Origin: an uncultured cyanobacterium
GTDB taxonomy: Bacteria > Cyanobacteriota > Cyanobacteriia > Leptolyngbyales > Leptolyngbyaceae
Direction: 5' to 3'
DNA: 64,000 nt
Assembly: GCA_963766075.1 (NCBI GenBank)
Contig: CAVYAN010000010.1
Span: 1 to 64,000 of the forward strand
In this document: piece by piece, positions 44,651 through 55,083 of the stretch
Layout of the letters: every line of letters starts with the position of its first letter
Position numbering within the stretch: position 1 is the first letter of the stretch
The notes under the pieces: model-generated
The model's input: only the letters and a program-made list of their open reading frames with translations
Told to the model about the DNA's origin: nothing
Databases searched by the model: none
Program-made: the position numbers and the translations under genes

Positions 44651-45838
44651 ATGATCCCTTCCTCTCGTCAATTTACGGCGTCACCTGTCTTGATCTGGGG
44701 CCTTTTGGGGCTAACGGTGGTGGCAATTACTATCCCCATCATCGGTATCCAGAAGTTTGCCCCTACCCAGACGCCGCCAACAGTGGCTAGCCCTGGGGTG
44801 CCTGATCAGCTACGCGTAGCCGCTTTGGGACGAATCGAACCGGTTTCCGGAGTCATTCAGGTGGGGGGACCTGTCGGTGAAATTGTCGGCCAACTCTTGA
44901 TTAAAGAAGGCGATTGGGTGACTCAAGGTCAAGTGCTTGGCTACCTGCGCAGTTATCAAGAGCGGCAGGAAGAATTAGCTAAGGCCAAACAAGATCTAGA
45001 CAGTGCTCGGGTGCGCCTAGCAGCCGAAACTCAATATAGTGAAGCCCAACTGCAAGAACGGACAATTGATGCGACTCAAGCTCCGGGGAGCCTGGAAAGT
45101 ACAATTGCGGCTCAGCAAGCACAAATTGAGTCACTGCGCTCGGAGCAGTCCCTGGCGACTAAGCAACTGAGCCGCTATGAATCTTTGGTAGCCCAAGGAG
45201 CTGCCCCCCGGCGTGAATTAGATGAACGCCAAGCCCAAGTGGATCAATTGGGTCAACGGATTCGCCAAGCCGAAGAAACCCTACAAAAAATCATCAAAGA
45301 CCGCGATCGCGAACTGGCAAATATCCAGGCCCAAGTGACCATAGCGCGCACAAATACGGCCCGGATTCAGTCCAATAGCCAAGTTGCAGCCGCAGAACAA
45401 GCGATCGCCCTCGCCCAAGTGCGCCTAGACAACACCATCATTAAAGCACCCCGCCAAGGTCGCATTTTGCGCATTGTCACTAAACCGGGGGAAAGTATTG
45501 GCGATGATGGTCGGGGTAAAGGCACCCTCGTGACACTGGCTGACACCAGCGCAATGCAGGTACTGGCTGAGGTAAATGAATCAAATATCCGGCAAGTTAA
45601 ACTCGGCCAAGTTGCAACCATTACGAGTCGGAACAAAGCCTTTGAAGAATCATTGAAAGGTCAGGTGAGTGAAATTGGGCGGCAAATTTTTAAGAATAAT
45701 GTGCTAAACGACGATCCCAGCGCCCTGAGCGATGCCAGGGTGATTCAAGTTAAGGTGCAATTGGATGATAGCCAAGCTGTGGCCAAATTTACGAATCTGC
45801 AAGTCGATGTCCAAATTGAAATCCAACCCACTCCTTAA
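44651..45838 (+). CDS. devB: DevB-family ABC exporter membrane fusion protein
   Basis: N-terminal TM helix, VAALGRIEP, long coiled coil, IKAP..G.IL, and C-terminal DARVIQVKV...TNLQVDV. Symbol is a family-level assignment. Confidence 0.85.
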   Translation: MIPSSRQFTASPVLIWGLLGLTVVAITIPIIGIQKFAPTQTPPTVASPGVPDQLRVAALGRIEPVSGVIQVGGPVGEIVGQLLIKEGDWVTQGQVLGYLRSYQERQEELAKAKQDLDSARVRLAAETQYSEAQLQERTIDATQAPGSLESTIAAQQAQIESLRSEQSLATKQLSRYESLVAQGAAPRRELDERQAQVDQLGQRIRQAEETLQKIIKDRDRELANIQAQVTIARTNTARIQSNSQVAAAEQAIALAQVRLDNTIIKAPRQGRILRIVTKPGESIGDDGRGKGTLVTLADTSAMQVLAEVNESNIRQVKLGQVATITSRNKAFEESLKGQVSEIGRQIFKNNVLNDDPSALSDARVIQVKVQLDDSQAVAKFTNLQVDVQIEIQPTP

Positions 45839-45874
45839 TTGTTTAGTTAACCCTACGTCAGCCCGCCAATCTCT

Positions 45875-47017
45875 ATGTTTAATTCTGTTGCTTTATCCAA
45901 TTTGGCTTACGATCGCACGCGATTGCTCGTAGGGATTTCCGGGGTGGCGTTTGCCGTTTTACTCGTGTTTATCAATCTCGGGTTTTTAGGGGCGTTATCC
46001 GACACGGCAGGGTTGATCTATAACCAATTGGATGCCGATGTTTATCTGGTTTCCCCATTATCTCTAAATGGCACGGCAACGAAACCCTTTACGCGCGAGC
46101 GGCTTTATCAGGCAGTGAGTCAGCCTGATGTCGCTCAGGCGACTCCCCTGTATATTGGTTATCAACCTTGGCGCAATGCTGAGAATAACCAAGAGTTGTT
46201 TATTCTCAGTTTTGGCTTTAATCCTAAGGATAAACCCTTTTTATTGCCTGATGTGCGTTCTGATCAGGCGATCGCTGCCTTTTCTGAAACCAATACTGTG
46301 TTCTTCGATCGGCGATCGCTGCCGAAGTATGGCCCCCAGACCCTCGGCCTCAAAACCGAATTTAATAAGCGGGAGGTCACCCTCAATGGTCTATTCTCCC
46401 TTGGCGGCGGGTTAGCGGCGGAAGGCACCCTGATGATGAGCGATCAAAATTTTCTCCGTTATTTCAGCCCCCGCACGCTAGAGCGGATTGATTTGGGTCT
46501 ATTGAAGTTAAAGCCGGGGGCCAATGCTCCAGCCGTGGTGCTCGAACTCCGGAAACAGCTACCATCTGATGTCACAGTCTTTACGAAAGAGGAGATGATT
46601 GCGCGCGATCGGCAATACTGGATGGAAACCACCGCCGTCGGATTTATTTTTAGCCTCGGCGTGGGGGTGGCGCTCATTGTCGGGGCGGCTATTGTCTATC
46701 AAATTCTCTATGCGGATATTGCCAAAAACTTCCGGGAGTATGCCACCCTCAAGGCGATTGGATTTCGCAATCGCTTTTTGGTCAGTATGGTGCTGCAAGA
46801 GGCCTTGTTGCTAGCGGTGATGGGATATGTTCCGGGCCTGATTTTGGGGTTGGGAGCCTATCAACTGATTCTGCAAGCTACTAATGAAGCGATTCCCATG
46901 GTGATGACACCAGATCGAGTGGTCGTGGTATTTGGATTAGCGATCGCCACCTGTGTTTTATCGGGGATATTTTCCCTGCGTAAAATTTTGGTTGCCGATC
47001 CAGCTTCCGTCTTGTAG
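45875..47017 (+). CDS. devC: DevC-family ABC exporter permease (FtsX/MacB-like)
   Basis: RLLVGISGVAFAVLL, YQILYADI..EYATLKAIG, and ADPASV C-terminus. Family-level symbol. Confidence 0.87.
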   Translation: MFNSVALSNLAYDRTRLLVGISGVAFAVLLVFINLGFLGALSDTAGLIYNQLDADVYLVSPLSLNGTATKPFTRERLYQAVSQPDVAQATPLYIGYQPWRNAENNQELFILSFGFNPKDKPFLLPDVRSDQAIAAFSETNTVFFDRRSLPKYGPQTLGLKTEFNKREVTLNGLFSLGGGLAAEGTLMMSDQNFLRYFSPRTLERIDLGLLKLKPGANAPAVVLELRKQLPSDVTVFTKEEMIARDRQYWMETTAVGFIFSLGVGVALIVGAAIVYQILYADIAKNFREYATLKAIGFRNRFLVSMVLQEALLLAVMGYVPGLILGLGAYQLILQATNEAIPMVMTPDRVVVVFGLAIATCVLSGIFSLRKILVADPASVL

Positions 47018-47023
47018 ACATTT

Positions 47024-48199
47024 ATGAACTTGACCATGGCATCTCGTAACCCTTCTGTTTCCTGGCTAAATCTGACCCATAAACCAGGTCGCCTCATGCT
47101 GCTGCTGAGTGGTATCGTGTTTGCCGTGATTTTGATGTTCATGTTTTCTGGATTTAAACATGCGCTCTATGACAGTCAACTGGAAATTTTGCACCATCTG
47201 AAGGGAGATGTTTTTATTGTCAGTCAGCGTCGCCCCAGCTTTGCCACACCCAATTTCATTCCCCGGCACATTTTGTATCAAGCGCAATCTTATCGGGGTG
47301 TCAAGACGGCTTCAGCACTTTATTTGGGCGAAGCATTTTGGAAAAATCCCGACACGCGATTGGTCCGTCTAGCCCGCGTGTTGGCCTTTAATCTGAATCA
47401 ACCGTTGTTTGATTTCCCCGAATTACAACAGAATATTTCCGCATTGCAGGTGCCTAATACCGTTTGGGTCGATCGGTTGGCCCGTCCTGAACTCGGTCGC
47501 ACATCGCCAGGGACAGTCACCGAGTTGGCCGATCGAGCTGTGTATGTGGTCGGCAACTTCACGCTGGGTAACGATTTTGCGTCACTCAATGGTAATCTCC
47601 TGATGAGCGAAGACAACTTCCAACAGTATTTTTCTGGCCGCGATCCTAAGGAAGGAAATCGTTCCTTAAATGAAGTGGATATTGCCGTTGTTGAGGTTGA
47701 ACCCCAATTCCAGCCGCAGGCTGTGGCTACGACGCTACGCCAAAATTTGCCGAAAAGCGTGAATGTCATGACCCGTGAGGAAATCATGCAGTGGGAACGG
47801 ACGGTTTGGGAGGAAAGTTCTAACATTGGCTTTGTGTTTGGCATCCTGACAACAATGGGATTTGTGATTGGGGTGATTCTTTGCTACCAAATCATTTATG
47901 CCGATGTGACCGATCACCTGCGAGAATATGCCACCCTCAAAGCGATGGGATATCAGAATCGGTTTCTATACGCGGTGGTGTTTCAAGAGTCTTTATTGCT
48001 GGCGGTGATGGCCTTCATTCCTGGCCTTTTACTCAGTGCTGGCCTTTACAGCTTAGCCAAAGGGGCGACGGGCTTAATGTTTCAGATGACCTTTGACAGA
48101 AGCACACAACTTTTCATCATGACAGTTCTGATGTGTTTTATTTCGGGTTTGGTGTCACTGGTAAAGTTGCATCAATCCGATCCAGCGGATATTTTTTAG
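47024..48199 (+). CDS. devC: Second DevC-family ABC exporter permease
   Basis: GIVFAVILMFM, YQIIYADVTDHLREYATLKAMG, and SDPADIF C-terminus. Family-level symbol. Confidence 0.87.
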   Translation: MNLTMASRNPSVSWLNLTHKPGRLMLLLSGIVFAVILMFMFSGFKHALYDSQLEILHHLKGDVFIVSQRRPSFATPNFIPRHILYQAQSYRGVKTASALYLGEAFWKNPDTRLVRLARVLAFNLNQPLFDFPELQQNISALQVPNTVWVDRLARPELGRTSPGTVTELADRAVYVVGNFTLGNDFASLNGNLLMSEDNFQQYFSGRDPKEGNRSLNEVDIAVVEVEPQFQPQAVATTLRQNLPKSVNVMTREEIMQWERTVWEESSNIGFVFGILTTMGFVIGVILCYQIIYADVTDHLREYATLKAMGYQNRFLYAVVFQESLLLAVMAFIPGLLLSAGLYSLAKGATGLMFQMTFDRSTQLFIMTVLMCFISGLVSLVKLHQSDPADIF

Positions 48200-48215
48200 G
48201 CGATCGCAGAACATC

Positions 48216-51200
48216 ATGCAGCAATTTCTCATTCTTTGGTTAGGACAACTGGTTTCCTTGGTCGGATCACAGCTAACTGGATTCGCCCTCGGCGTTTGGG
48301 TCTATCAACAAACCCATTCGACCACGTTGTTTGCGCTGCTCATTGGGTTAAATGTCCTGCCGGTGATTGTGCTATCGCCTTTGATTGGAACGATTGTTGA
48401 TCGCTGGAACCGGCGCACAGTCATGCTGTTGAGTGATTTTGGGGCAGGGCTGAGTACAGTTGCTTTGGCGATCGCCCTAAAGGCCAACTATCTGCCGATT
48501 GGTCTAATTGCGGTCTTAATTGCCCTCAATGCCACCTTTAGTAGTTTTATGCGACCGGCTTACACCGCTGCAACGACACAATTAGTCGCTGCTAAAGATC
48601 TCGATCGAGCCAGTGGCCTGATGCAAATTGGCTCATCGGTCGCACAATTAATTGCGCCCATTCTGGGCGGAGCCTTACTCAAGTTCATTGGTCTTCCCGG
48701 CATCATCGGCATCGATGTGATCACCTTTTTAATTGCCGTTCTAACCCAAATGATTGTACGGTTACCCCCACCTGTTCCGGTGGCAACGGTGACACAATCC
48801 TCCTCTTCCCTCCTTAAAGACTTTCTCCAAGCGCTCCAATTTCTCAAACAGCGTCCTGGACTATTGGCATTGCTTGGTTTCTTTGTCGTCAAAAATTTTT
48901 TAACCTCAATTGTCTACGTTGCCACCACACCCTATGTTTTGTCCTTTTCGTCAGAGCTTGTCCTGGGCAGCATTTTGTCCGTGGGCGGTCTGGGAATGGT
49001 TGTAGGGGGCATTGTTTTGAGTATATTTCCGATCGGGCAATCGCGAATCCTGACCATTCAGGTCTTTGCACTCCTCGGCGGGGTCACACTCATCATGCTC
49101 GCCATGAAGAATTCAATTCCAATCTTCATGGTGGGTTCATTTTTATTCTTTCTCGGTCTCCCTTTCATTCATGGCTCCGGTCAGGTGATTTTCCAAAAGA
49201 AAGTGCCTCAGGCTCTACAAGGACGCATATTTGCTTTTAATGAAGCGCTGGCCGGATCGTCGGTGCCGTTGGGGTATCTAGCAGCAGGTCCGCTCAGTGA
49301 TGTTGTGTTTGAACCTTGGATGCAGCCCGATGGGTGGCTAGCTGGTACGATTGGCCTGTTCTTGGGAACGGGACCTGGACGCGGCATCGCCCTATTATTC
49401 ATCCTCCTCGGAGTAATACACGGGGCCCTCGCCTTAATGATTCAACTGTACATGCCCTTACGGAAGATCGAATGGCAATTACCCGATCAGGCAGAAGAAC
49501 CTTATGAAGAATTTGTCACTATTCCAACTAAATCTGATTCTACTTCCACCCTACGGCCTCCCAAAGAGAATATCATGATGGAATTCTCTAACTCCGTACA
49601 ATCCTATCAAAACCCCGTTCTTGATCATTCTCATGGCATCCGACCCACGATGGAACCCGTTATTTCTATTCAAAAATTAAATCATTTCTTTGGTAAGGGT
49701 GATTTATCTAAACAGGTGTTAATTGACATTAACCTGTCCATCCAACCAGGAGAAATTGTGATTATGACGGGGCCATCAGGTTCCGGAAAAACGACCCTCC
49801 TGACGTTAATGGGAGCCCTCCGCTCTGTTCAAGACGGCAGTTTAAAAGTCTTGGGTAGAGAATTAAATCAGGCGACCAATCAAAAGTTAGTGGAGGTGCG
49901 GCGGAATATTGGGTATATCTTCCAAGCCCATAACTTGCTACCGTTTATGACGGCTCGGCAGAATGTGCGGATGTCTTTAGCGTTACAATCGAAGACCGAT
50001 CGCGCCCATGCTTTGCAGAAAGTTGATGAGGTCTTAAATGCAGTTGGATTGGGGAATCACCTGAACTACTATCCTGAAAAACTTTCGGGGGGACAGAAAC
50101 AACGGGTGGCGATCGCCCGCGCCCTTGTCAACGAACCAGCTCTCATCTTAGCCGACGAACCGACTGCTTCCTTGGATAGTAAAACTGGCCGTGAAGTCGT
50201 TGAGTTAATGTATCGTCTCGCCAAAGAACAGCACTGCACGATCATCTTAGTCACCCATGACAATCGCATTTTGGACATTGCCGATCGCATTATCAACTTG
50301 GAAGATGGACGGCTATTACCAGCAGTTGGAGAAACTAAGCACCTGCGCCCCAGCACTACCCTAATTTCATCCGGGGGCAACGCACCAATATTGAATTCTC
50401 CGACTAAATCGACATCACAGGTGCTCAATCAAATCTACGATTTGGATTCATTGAGAGTTGAATCTACTTCGACGGAGACAGTAATCAACTTAAGACAGAC
50501 ACCCTCAGCATTGACACCTTCAGCATTTCCTGAGACAGGATATCCAGGGGGGCCATCCCTGCCGGTGGAACAACCAGAAAGTCAATTGAGACACTTGCCG
50601 CCCGGAACAGATTCATTAAGAGTCGAATCTGACTCAACATCTGATTCGACAGAGACACTGATCAACTTAAGGCAGACGCCTGCAGCCTTCCCACAGACAG
50701 AATATCCAGAGGTATCATCCCTGTCTGTGGAACAGCCAGAAAGTCAATTGAGACACTTGCCGCCTGGAACAGATTCATTAAGAGTCGAATCTGACTCAAC
50801 ATCTGATTCGACAGAGACACTGATCAACTTAAGGCAGACGCCTGCAGCCTTCCCACAGACAGGATATTCAGAGGTATCATCCCTGTCTGTGGAACAGCCA
50901 GAAAGTCAATTGAGACACTTGCCGCCTGGAACAGATTCATTAAGAGTCGAATCTGACTCAACATCTGATTCGACAGAGACACTGATCAACTTAAGGCAGA
51001 CGCCTGCAGCCTTCCCGCAGACAGGATATTCAGAGGTGTCGTCCCTGTCTGTGGAGCAACCAGAAAGTCAACTGGGACACTTACCGCCAGGGGCAATCCA
51101 ACCCCATAAACGATATAAGATTGTTTGTATTGATGATAGTCCGGCGGTGCTTTGTTCTCTGAGGGCCTTTTTATCTGATGATCTGTTTTCAGTCTATCTA

Positions 51201-51473
51201 ATTGATGATCCAATTCAGTCATTGATCCAATTGATTAAAATCAAGCCGGATATGGTGATTTTAGATATTAATATGCCCAGACTGGATGGTTATCAGTTAT
51301 GTTCATTATTGCGCCATCATGAAAAATTTAAACATATTCCAGTCATTGTGATTACCGGTGATCCAAAATTGATTGATCTCCAAGCGGCCCAAAAAGTCGG
51401 AGTATCGGAGTGTCTTGTGAAACCGTTCGATCAATCTGATTTAATGGTAAAGCTTTTCCCCCATTTGACTTAA
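48216..51473 (+). CDS. Fusion ORF: MFS transporter + DevA-type ABC ATPase + 54-aa repeats + response-regulator receiver domain
   Basis: [33 protein letters not shown]. ATPase: [57 protein letters not shown]. Confidence 0.8.
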   Translation: MQQFLILWLGQLVSLVGSQLTGFALGVWVYQQTHSTTLFALLIGLNVLPVIVLSPLIGTIVDRWNRRTVMLLSDFGAGLSTVALAIALKANYLPIGLIAVLIALNATFSSFMRPAYTAATTQLVAAKDLDRASGLMQIGSSVAQLIAPILGGALLKFIGLPGIIGIDVITFLIAVLTQMIVRLPPPVPVATVTQSSSSLLKDFLQALQFLKQRPGLLALLGFFVVKNFLTSIVYVATTPYVLSFSSELVLGSILSVGGLGMVVGGIVLSIFPIGQSRILTIQVFALLGGVTLIMLAMKNSIPIFMVGSFLFFLGLPFIHGSGQVIFQKKVPQALQGRIFAFNEALAGSSVPLGYLAAGPLSDVVFEPWMQPDGWLAGTIGLFLGTGPGRGIALLFILLGVIHGALALMIQLYMPLRKIEWQLPDQAEEPYEEFVTIPTKSDSTSTLRPPKENIMMEFSNSVQSYQNPVLDHSHGIRPTMEPVISIQKLNHFFGKGDLSKQVLIDINLSIQPGEIVIMTGPSGSGKTTLLTLMGALRSVQDGSLKVLGRELNQATNQKLVEVRRNIGYIFQAHNLLPFMTARQNVRMSLALQSKTDRAHALQKVDEVLNAVGLGNHLNYYPEKLSGGQKQRVAIARALVNEPALILADEPTASLDSKTGREVVELMYRLAKEQHCTIILVTHDNRILDIADRIINLEDGRLLPAVGETKHLRPSTTLISSGGNAPILNSPTKSTSQVLNQIYDLDSLRVESTSTETVINLRQTPSALTPSAFPETGYPGGPSLPVEQPESQLRHLPPGTDSLRVESDSTSDSTETLINLRQTPAAFPQTEYPEVSSLSVEQPESQLRHLPPGTDSLRVESDSTSDSTETLINLRQTPAAFPQTGYSEVSSLSVEQPESQLRHLPPGTDSLRVESDSTSDSTETLINLRQTPAAFPQTGYSEVSSLSVEQPESQLGHLPPGAIQPHKRYKIVCIDDSPAVLCSLRAFLSDDLFSVYLIDDPIQSLIQLIKIKPDMVILDINMPRLDGYQLCSLLRHHEKFKHIPVIVITGDPKLIDLQAAQKVGVSECLVKPFDQSDLMVKLFPHLT
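50445..51092 (+). repeat. 162-bp coding tandem repeat, 4 copies (first one degenerate)
   Basis: ATTCATT(A/G)AGAGT recurs at 50446, 50611, 50773 and 50935. Confidence 0.95.
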
Positions 51474-51572
51474 CTCAACAGTCCGAGCAGATTTTAGAGG
51501 GATCAGCCTGAGAGGATGCTTTAAAAGGTAACCGTAACTACTCAGGCTGAGGGTACAAGGTCGGTGTCTTTC

Positions 51573-52977
51573 CAGGGTAAGCGCATCTAAAAAAGTAGCG
51601 AAATGCACAGATATTTAGGGCGAATCATGGGCTGAGGGCATAGAATGCAAAAATTCGTCATCGCCCGCTTGTCCCGATGTGACGTTGTCAGAGAGGATCA
51701 AAGTGTCCCCTTCATCCCCGTATGACGTATGCCTGAAGGCTTTGCTCCAGCGCCTGAACCCGCGCCAAACCGTCCGCTAGTTTTAGACGCACAAGCCTTA
51801 GGTCAGCGTCTCCAGTCCTGTTTTGCGGCGATTCAAGACCCACGGGTGGAACGGACTCGCGAACATCAACTGGGCGATATTTTAACCATTGCCATTCTCT
51901 CCACCATTGCCGGTGGTCAAGGGTGGGAAGATATGGAAATCTACGGATTGGGTAAACAAGCGTGGTTGTCAACCTTCCTGGCGTTGCCCAACGGCATTCC
52001 CAGTCCGGATACGTTCCGGCGAGTGTTAGAACGCATTCATCCGCAACAACTTGAGCAATGCTTTGAGCAATGGGTTCGCCTCTTAGTTGAGCGCTTAGGT
52101 GTGCAAGTCATTGCGATTGATGGCAAAGGTGTGAATGGCTCCTATGACCGTAAATCAGGCAAGAAAGCGCTCCATTTTGTCAGTGCTTGGGCCACCGAAC
52201 ATCGTCTCGTGTTAGCCCAAACGAAAGTGCAAGATAAGTCCAACGAAATTACGGCCATTCCTGCTCTCTTAGAATTACTCGATATTGCCGGTTGTATCGT
52301 CACACTCGATGCCATGGGAACCCAGAAAACCATCGCAGCACAGATCCAGGCAGTCGGCGCTGACTACATTCTGAGCCTCAAAGCCAACCATCCGACGTTG
52401 TTTGCACAAGTTAAAACTTGGTTCCAAGCCGCGACGACGCGTGGGTCCTTACCAGCGCCCGTTGAATATCAGACCGAAGCCGGGCATCATCGCATTGAAA
52501 TTCGTAAAGTTTGGAGCGTTTCCCTGGCGCAACTGCCGCCCCTGCATCAAAGCGACGAATGGGTGGGATTGCGCACCATTGTCATCGTTGAACGCACCCG
52601 GCATTTATGGAATGAAACCACCCACGAAGTTCAGTTCTATCTCAGCAGTTTACCGGCAGACTGTGCCCGCATTGCCAGCGCGATTCGTCAACACTGGGGC
52701 ATTGAAAATTCGCTCCATTGGGTGCTCGATGTCACCTTCGGGGAGGATGATTGTCGAGTCCGCTCGATGCATGCCCCACACAACCTGGCTGTAATCAGAC
52801 GCTTTGCCCTCAATGCCCTCAATCGCGAATCTTCCTGGAAGCGCAGTCTCAGGCAAAAGTCGAAACGCGCCGCCCTGGATGACCACTACATGCTCAACAT
52901 TTTGACCGCTGCTTTACCCGAATCCAGGCAGAACCTAGAACCTAGCTGTCAATAGGGTTTGAGATGCGCTTACCCTG
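51573..52977 (+). mobile_element. ISAs1-family insertion sequence with 16-bp terminal inverted repeats
   Basis: CAGGGTAAGCGCATCT (51573-51588) and AGATGCGCTTACCCTG (52962-52977); no flanking direct repeat. Confidence 0.93.
51729..52955 (+). CDS. ISAs1-family transposase
   Basis: DPR..., GIPSPDTFRRV, IAIDGK, KSNEITAIP, TLDAMGTQK and HWGIENSLHWVLDVTFGED. Confidence 0.95.
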   Translation: MPEGFAPAPEPAPNRPLVLDAQALGQRLQSCFAAIQDPRVERTREHQLGDILTIAILSTIAGGQGWEDMEIYGLGKQAWLSTFLALPNGIPSPDTFRRVLERIHPQQLEQCFEQWVRLLVERLGVQVIAIDGKGVNGSYDRKSGKKALHFVSAWATEHRLVLAQTKVQDKSNEITAIPALLELLDIAGCIVTLDAMGTQKTIAAQIQAVGADYILSLKANHPTLFAQVKTWFQAATTRGSLPAPVEYQTEAGHHRIEIRKVWSVSLAQLPPLHQSDEWVGLRTIVIVERTRHLWNETTHEVQFYLSSLPADCARIASAIRQHWGIENSLHWVLDVTFGEDDCRVRSMHAPHNLAVIRRFALNALNRESSWKRSLRQKSKRAALDDHYMLNILTAALPESRQNLEPSCQ

Positions 52978-53062
52978 TTGCCACAGCTTCTTTAGCATTT
53001 GTCTCTAGCTGTTGACACTTTTTGCAGCCTGTCCCCAAAATTTCAATCTTGATTGTTTCCAT
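52978..53062 (-). pseudogene. Small thioredoxin-like redox-active disulfide protein (MTH895-like), truncated by ISAs1
   Basis: AGGAGAGG RBS then METIKIEILGTGCKKCQQLETNAKEAVA, running directly into the IS inverted repeat. Confidence 0.85.
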
Positions 53063-53242
53063 GACACCTCTCCTTTTTTATGTTCCGTTATTGAGTTAGC
53101 GATCGACTGTGACAGGTGACGGTTTGATTTTCTGCATCAATTGATTGAATACGATACAAGATCTAACGAAAAATGTACGAGTTCAGCGCTATCGACTTTA
53201 CCCATCAATGGTTAACTCAATGGCGATCGCCCAATCTTCCTC

Positions 53243-53920
53243 TCAGCACCAGGATTGTTCATCAGGAGGATTGTGCAGCAGTTCCCGAATATTGGCTTCG
53301 ATGACCCGATAGCCCACGTTGCCATTGAGCCGCTGCCGACCTTCATTAAAAATCAAGGTGGGGCTGACGGTAACCCCATGCTCTTTGACCAAATCAAAAT
53401 CCTTTGATAAGAGGGCATAAGCCTCGCCAGTATCAATTTGCTCCTGAATCGCCGCGATCGGCAGTCCCAACTCCTCGGCAATGGCAAATTGCACGTTGCG
53501 GTCAGAAACATTCGCCAGTTTGGTAAAAAAGGCTTCCCGGAATGCCCACGTTGCTTTTTCAAATACCTGTTCTGAGGGTTGGACAAGTCCCTTGATCTCT
53601 AGGAGTTGAATGGCCTGGAGAAATAGATGACAGGACGTGGATGACGGTGGAACGACAACAGTCCAAATGTCAGGATGAAGGGTGATGTGATCAAATTTTT
53701 TGACGACTGTGTGAACGTGGTCGCTATAGCCTTTTAAGCCACCCTTGTCACGCCAGCGATTTTCTAACTTTTCTCGGGCATTGCCAAAGACAGGAACGAA
53801 GTGTGGCGCGATCGCAATCTTGTCTTGAAACGTTGTTTTCAACTCATCCAAGCGAATTTGCGCAATATACGCCCAAACGCAGAGAACATCGGAAAAGTAA
53901 AAGATACGAATGGGTTCCAT
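53243..53920 (-). CDS. DsbA/FrnE-like thioredoxin-fold protein
   Basis: YFSDVLCVWAY (single-Cys variant of CxxC), GVTVSPTLIF, C-terminal WC. Confidence 0.8.
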   Translation of the reverse strand: MEPIRIFYFSDVLCVWAYIAQIRLDELKTTFQDKIAIAPHFVPVFGNAREKLENRWRDKGGLKGYSDHVHTVVKKFDHITLHPDIWTVVVPPSSTSCHLFLQAIQLLEIKGLVQPSEQVFEKATWAFREAFFTKLANVSDRNVQFAIAEELGLPIAAIQEQIDTGEAYALLSKDFDLVKEHGVTVSPTLIFNEGRQRLNGNVGYRVIEANIRELLHNPPDEQSWC

Positions 53921-54180
53921 CGTTATTCCAGTAGTTAGTCATCTAACCACAATAAGTTGATCAACGAAATTGGTGCTTAACTGAGATATTTTATCTCTCG
54001 TAACAGCTCGTCCTGCAATGAATTGCGGGCAAACCAAACGAAGTCTGTTAAAACGGACTGAAGCTTGCTTCCAATGGCTTCTAGTCAACGACCGTGGACT
54101 TTATTCTGGGAGCCCGAACTTGTAGCTCAAGGCGTGGCAACCCTCTCACCCTGATCTACTCTCGTCCCATCACTTCATTC

Positions 54181-54717
54181 TCAAACCCACCAAGGCTTTT
54201 CCCCAGTCCGTGGATCGGTTTCTGTCCAGGGTGAGATCAAAATGCTATTTTCGATGACAGCGACATGGAAAATTTTGAGAGGGAGGGGAGCCGGTCCCCT
54301 GACTACGGTTCCATCTGGCGCATAGAGAGAACCATGACAGGGGCATTGGAACTGTTGATCGTTTGGATTCCAGGGAAAGGTGCAACCTAGGTGGGTGCAG
54401 TTATCCAGTATCCCAATGCTGTCTAGGGTGTGATCTTCCTTAACGATTAAGTAAGTGGGTTCACCGCTTAGACCGGCAACCAGCGCACGGCTTCCTGGCT
54501 CCTCTGCCAAAATTTGTGCGGCTGGGATAGGATTACCCAGAATATCTTTAGCAATCATGGCTCCCCCTGCTCCTGTTTTTTCTGCTGCAGGAATGAAAAA
54601 TTTGCCCGCCACGTAGAGCGCCGAACCCATGGGGACTGCAACGACTGCTCCGGTCAGAAAGTTGAGCAGTTGCCGCCGGGATAGGGACGGACTTTCGATC
54701 GGAAGACTAGTATCCAT
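54181..54717 (-). CDS. petC: Cytochrome b6f Rieske iron-sulfur protein paralogue
   Basis: Tat signal SRRQLL, CTHLGC, CPCHGS, GPAPLPL and PWTETDPRTGEKPWW; no petA adjacent. Confidence 0.92.
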   Translation of the reverse strand: MDTSLPIESPSLSRRQLLNFLTGAVVAVPMGSALYVAGKFFIPAAEKTGAGGAMIAKDILGNPIPAAQILAEEPGSRALVAGLSGEPTYLIVKEDHTLDSIGILDNCTHLGCTFPWNPNDQQFQCPCHGSLYAPDGTVVRGPAPLPLKIFHVAVIENSILISPWTETDPRTGEKPWWV

Positions 54718-54752
54718 GCCGGATCTCCTTCAGTGTTAATGAGTGCATCCTT

Positions 54753-54980
54753 TTAAAGTTGCCCATGGGGCTGGCTGGTATGAATGCCCAGGAGGCGATA
54801 AAGACCGCAAAAGCCGACTAGAGCTGTAACCATCAATACACCCCCCGCAACCACTAGCCCAAGGCCCAGGGCAGAGCCGCTATAGAGGAACAGTCCCAAA
54901 TAAAACAACACCGAAGCCAACAGTAAGCGGATCAGGCGATCGATGGAACCCACGTTCGTTTTCATAACTGAAATCTCCAA
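54753..54980 (-). CDS. DUF2892 (YgaP-like) membrane protein; likely start at MKTNVG
   Basis: NVGSIDRLIR...GFCGLYRLLGI pattern with two TM helices. Confidence 0.85.
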   Translation of the reverse strand: MEISVMKTNVGSIDRLIRLLLASVLFYLGLFLYSGSALGLGLVVAGGVLMVTALVGFCGLYRLLGIHTSQPHGQL

Positions 54981-55058
54981 TATTGACCGGATTACAAAAA
55001 CTTAGTGCAATCACAAAAGAAGAAAATCCTAACCTATTGCAACTTTACAATCTTCTTT

Positions 55059-55083
55059 AGTATAACTGATTAAAATATAATCA
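55059..55083 (-). promoter_or_regulatory. Putative -10 box (TATACT) with adjacent palindrome TGATTA-N5-TAATCA
   Basis: Palindrome at 55067-55083; TATACT on the minus strand at 55059-55064, upstream of the DUF2892-petC genes. Confidence 0.4.

Noticed and set aside
50445..51092. CRISPR array
   Set aside because: Units are 162-bp contiguous coding repeats with no unique spacers and no cas genes nearby.
53243..53920. DsbA-like protein as the disulfide-forming tailoring enzyme of the cluster
   Set aside because: It has only one active-site Cys, faces the other way, and lies across an IS junction that appears rearranged; it fits the sulfur island better.
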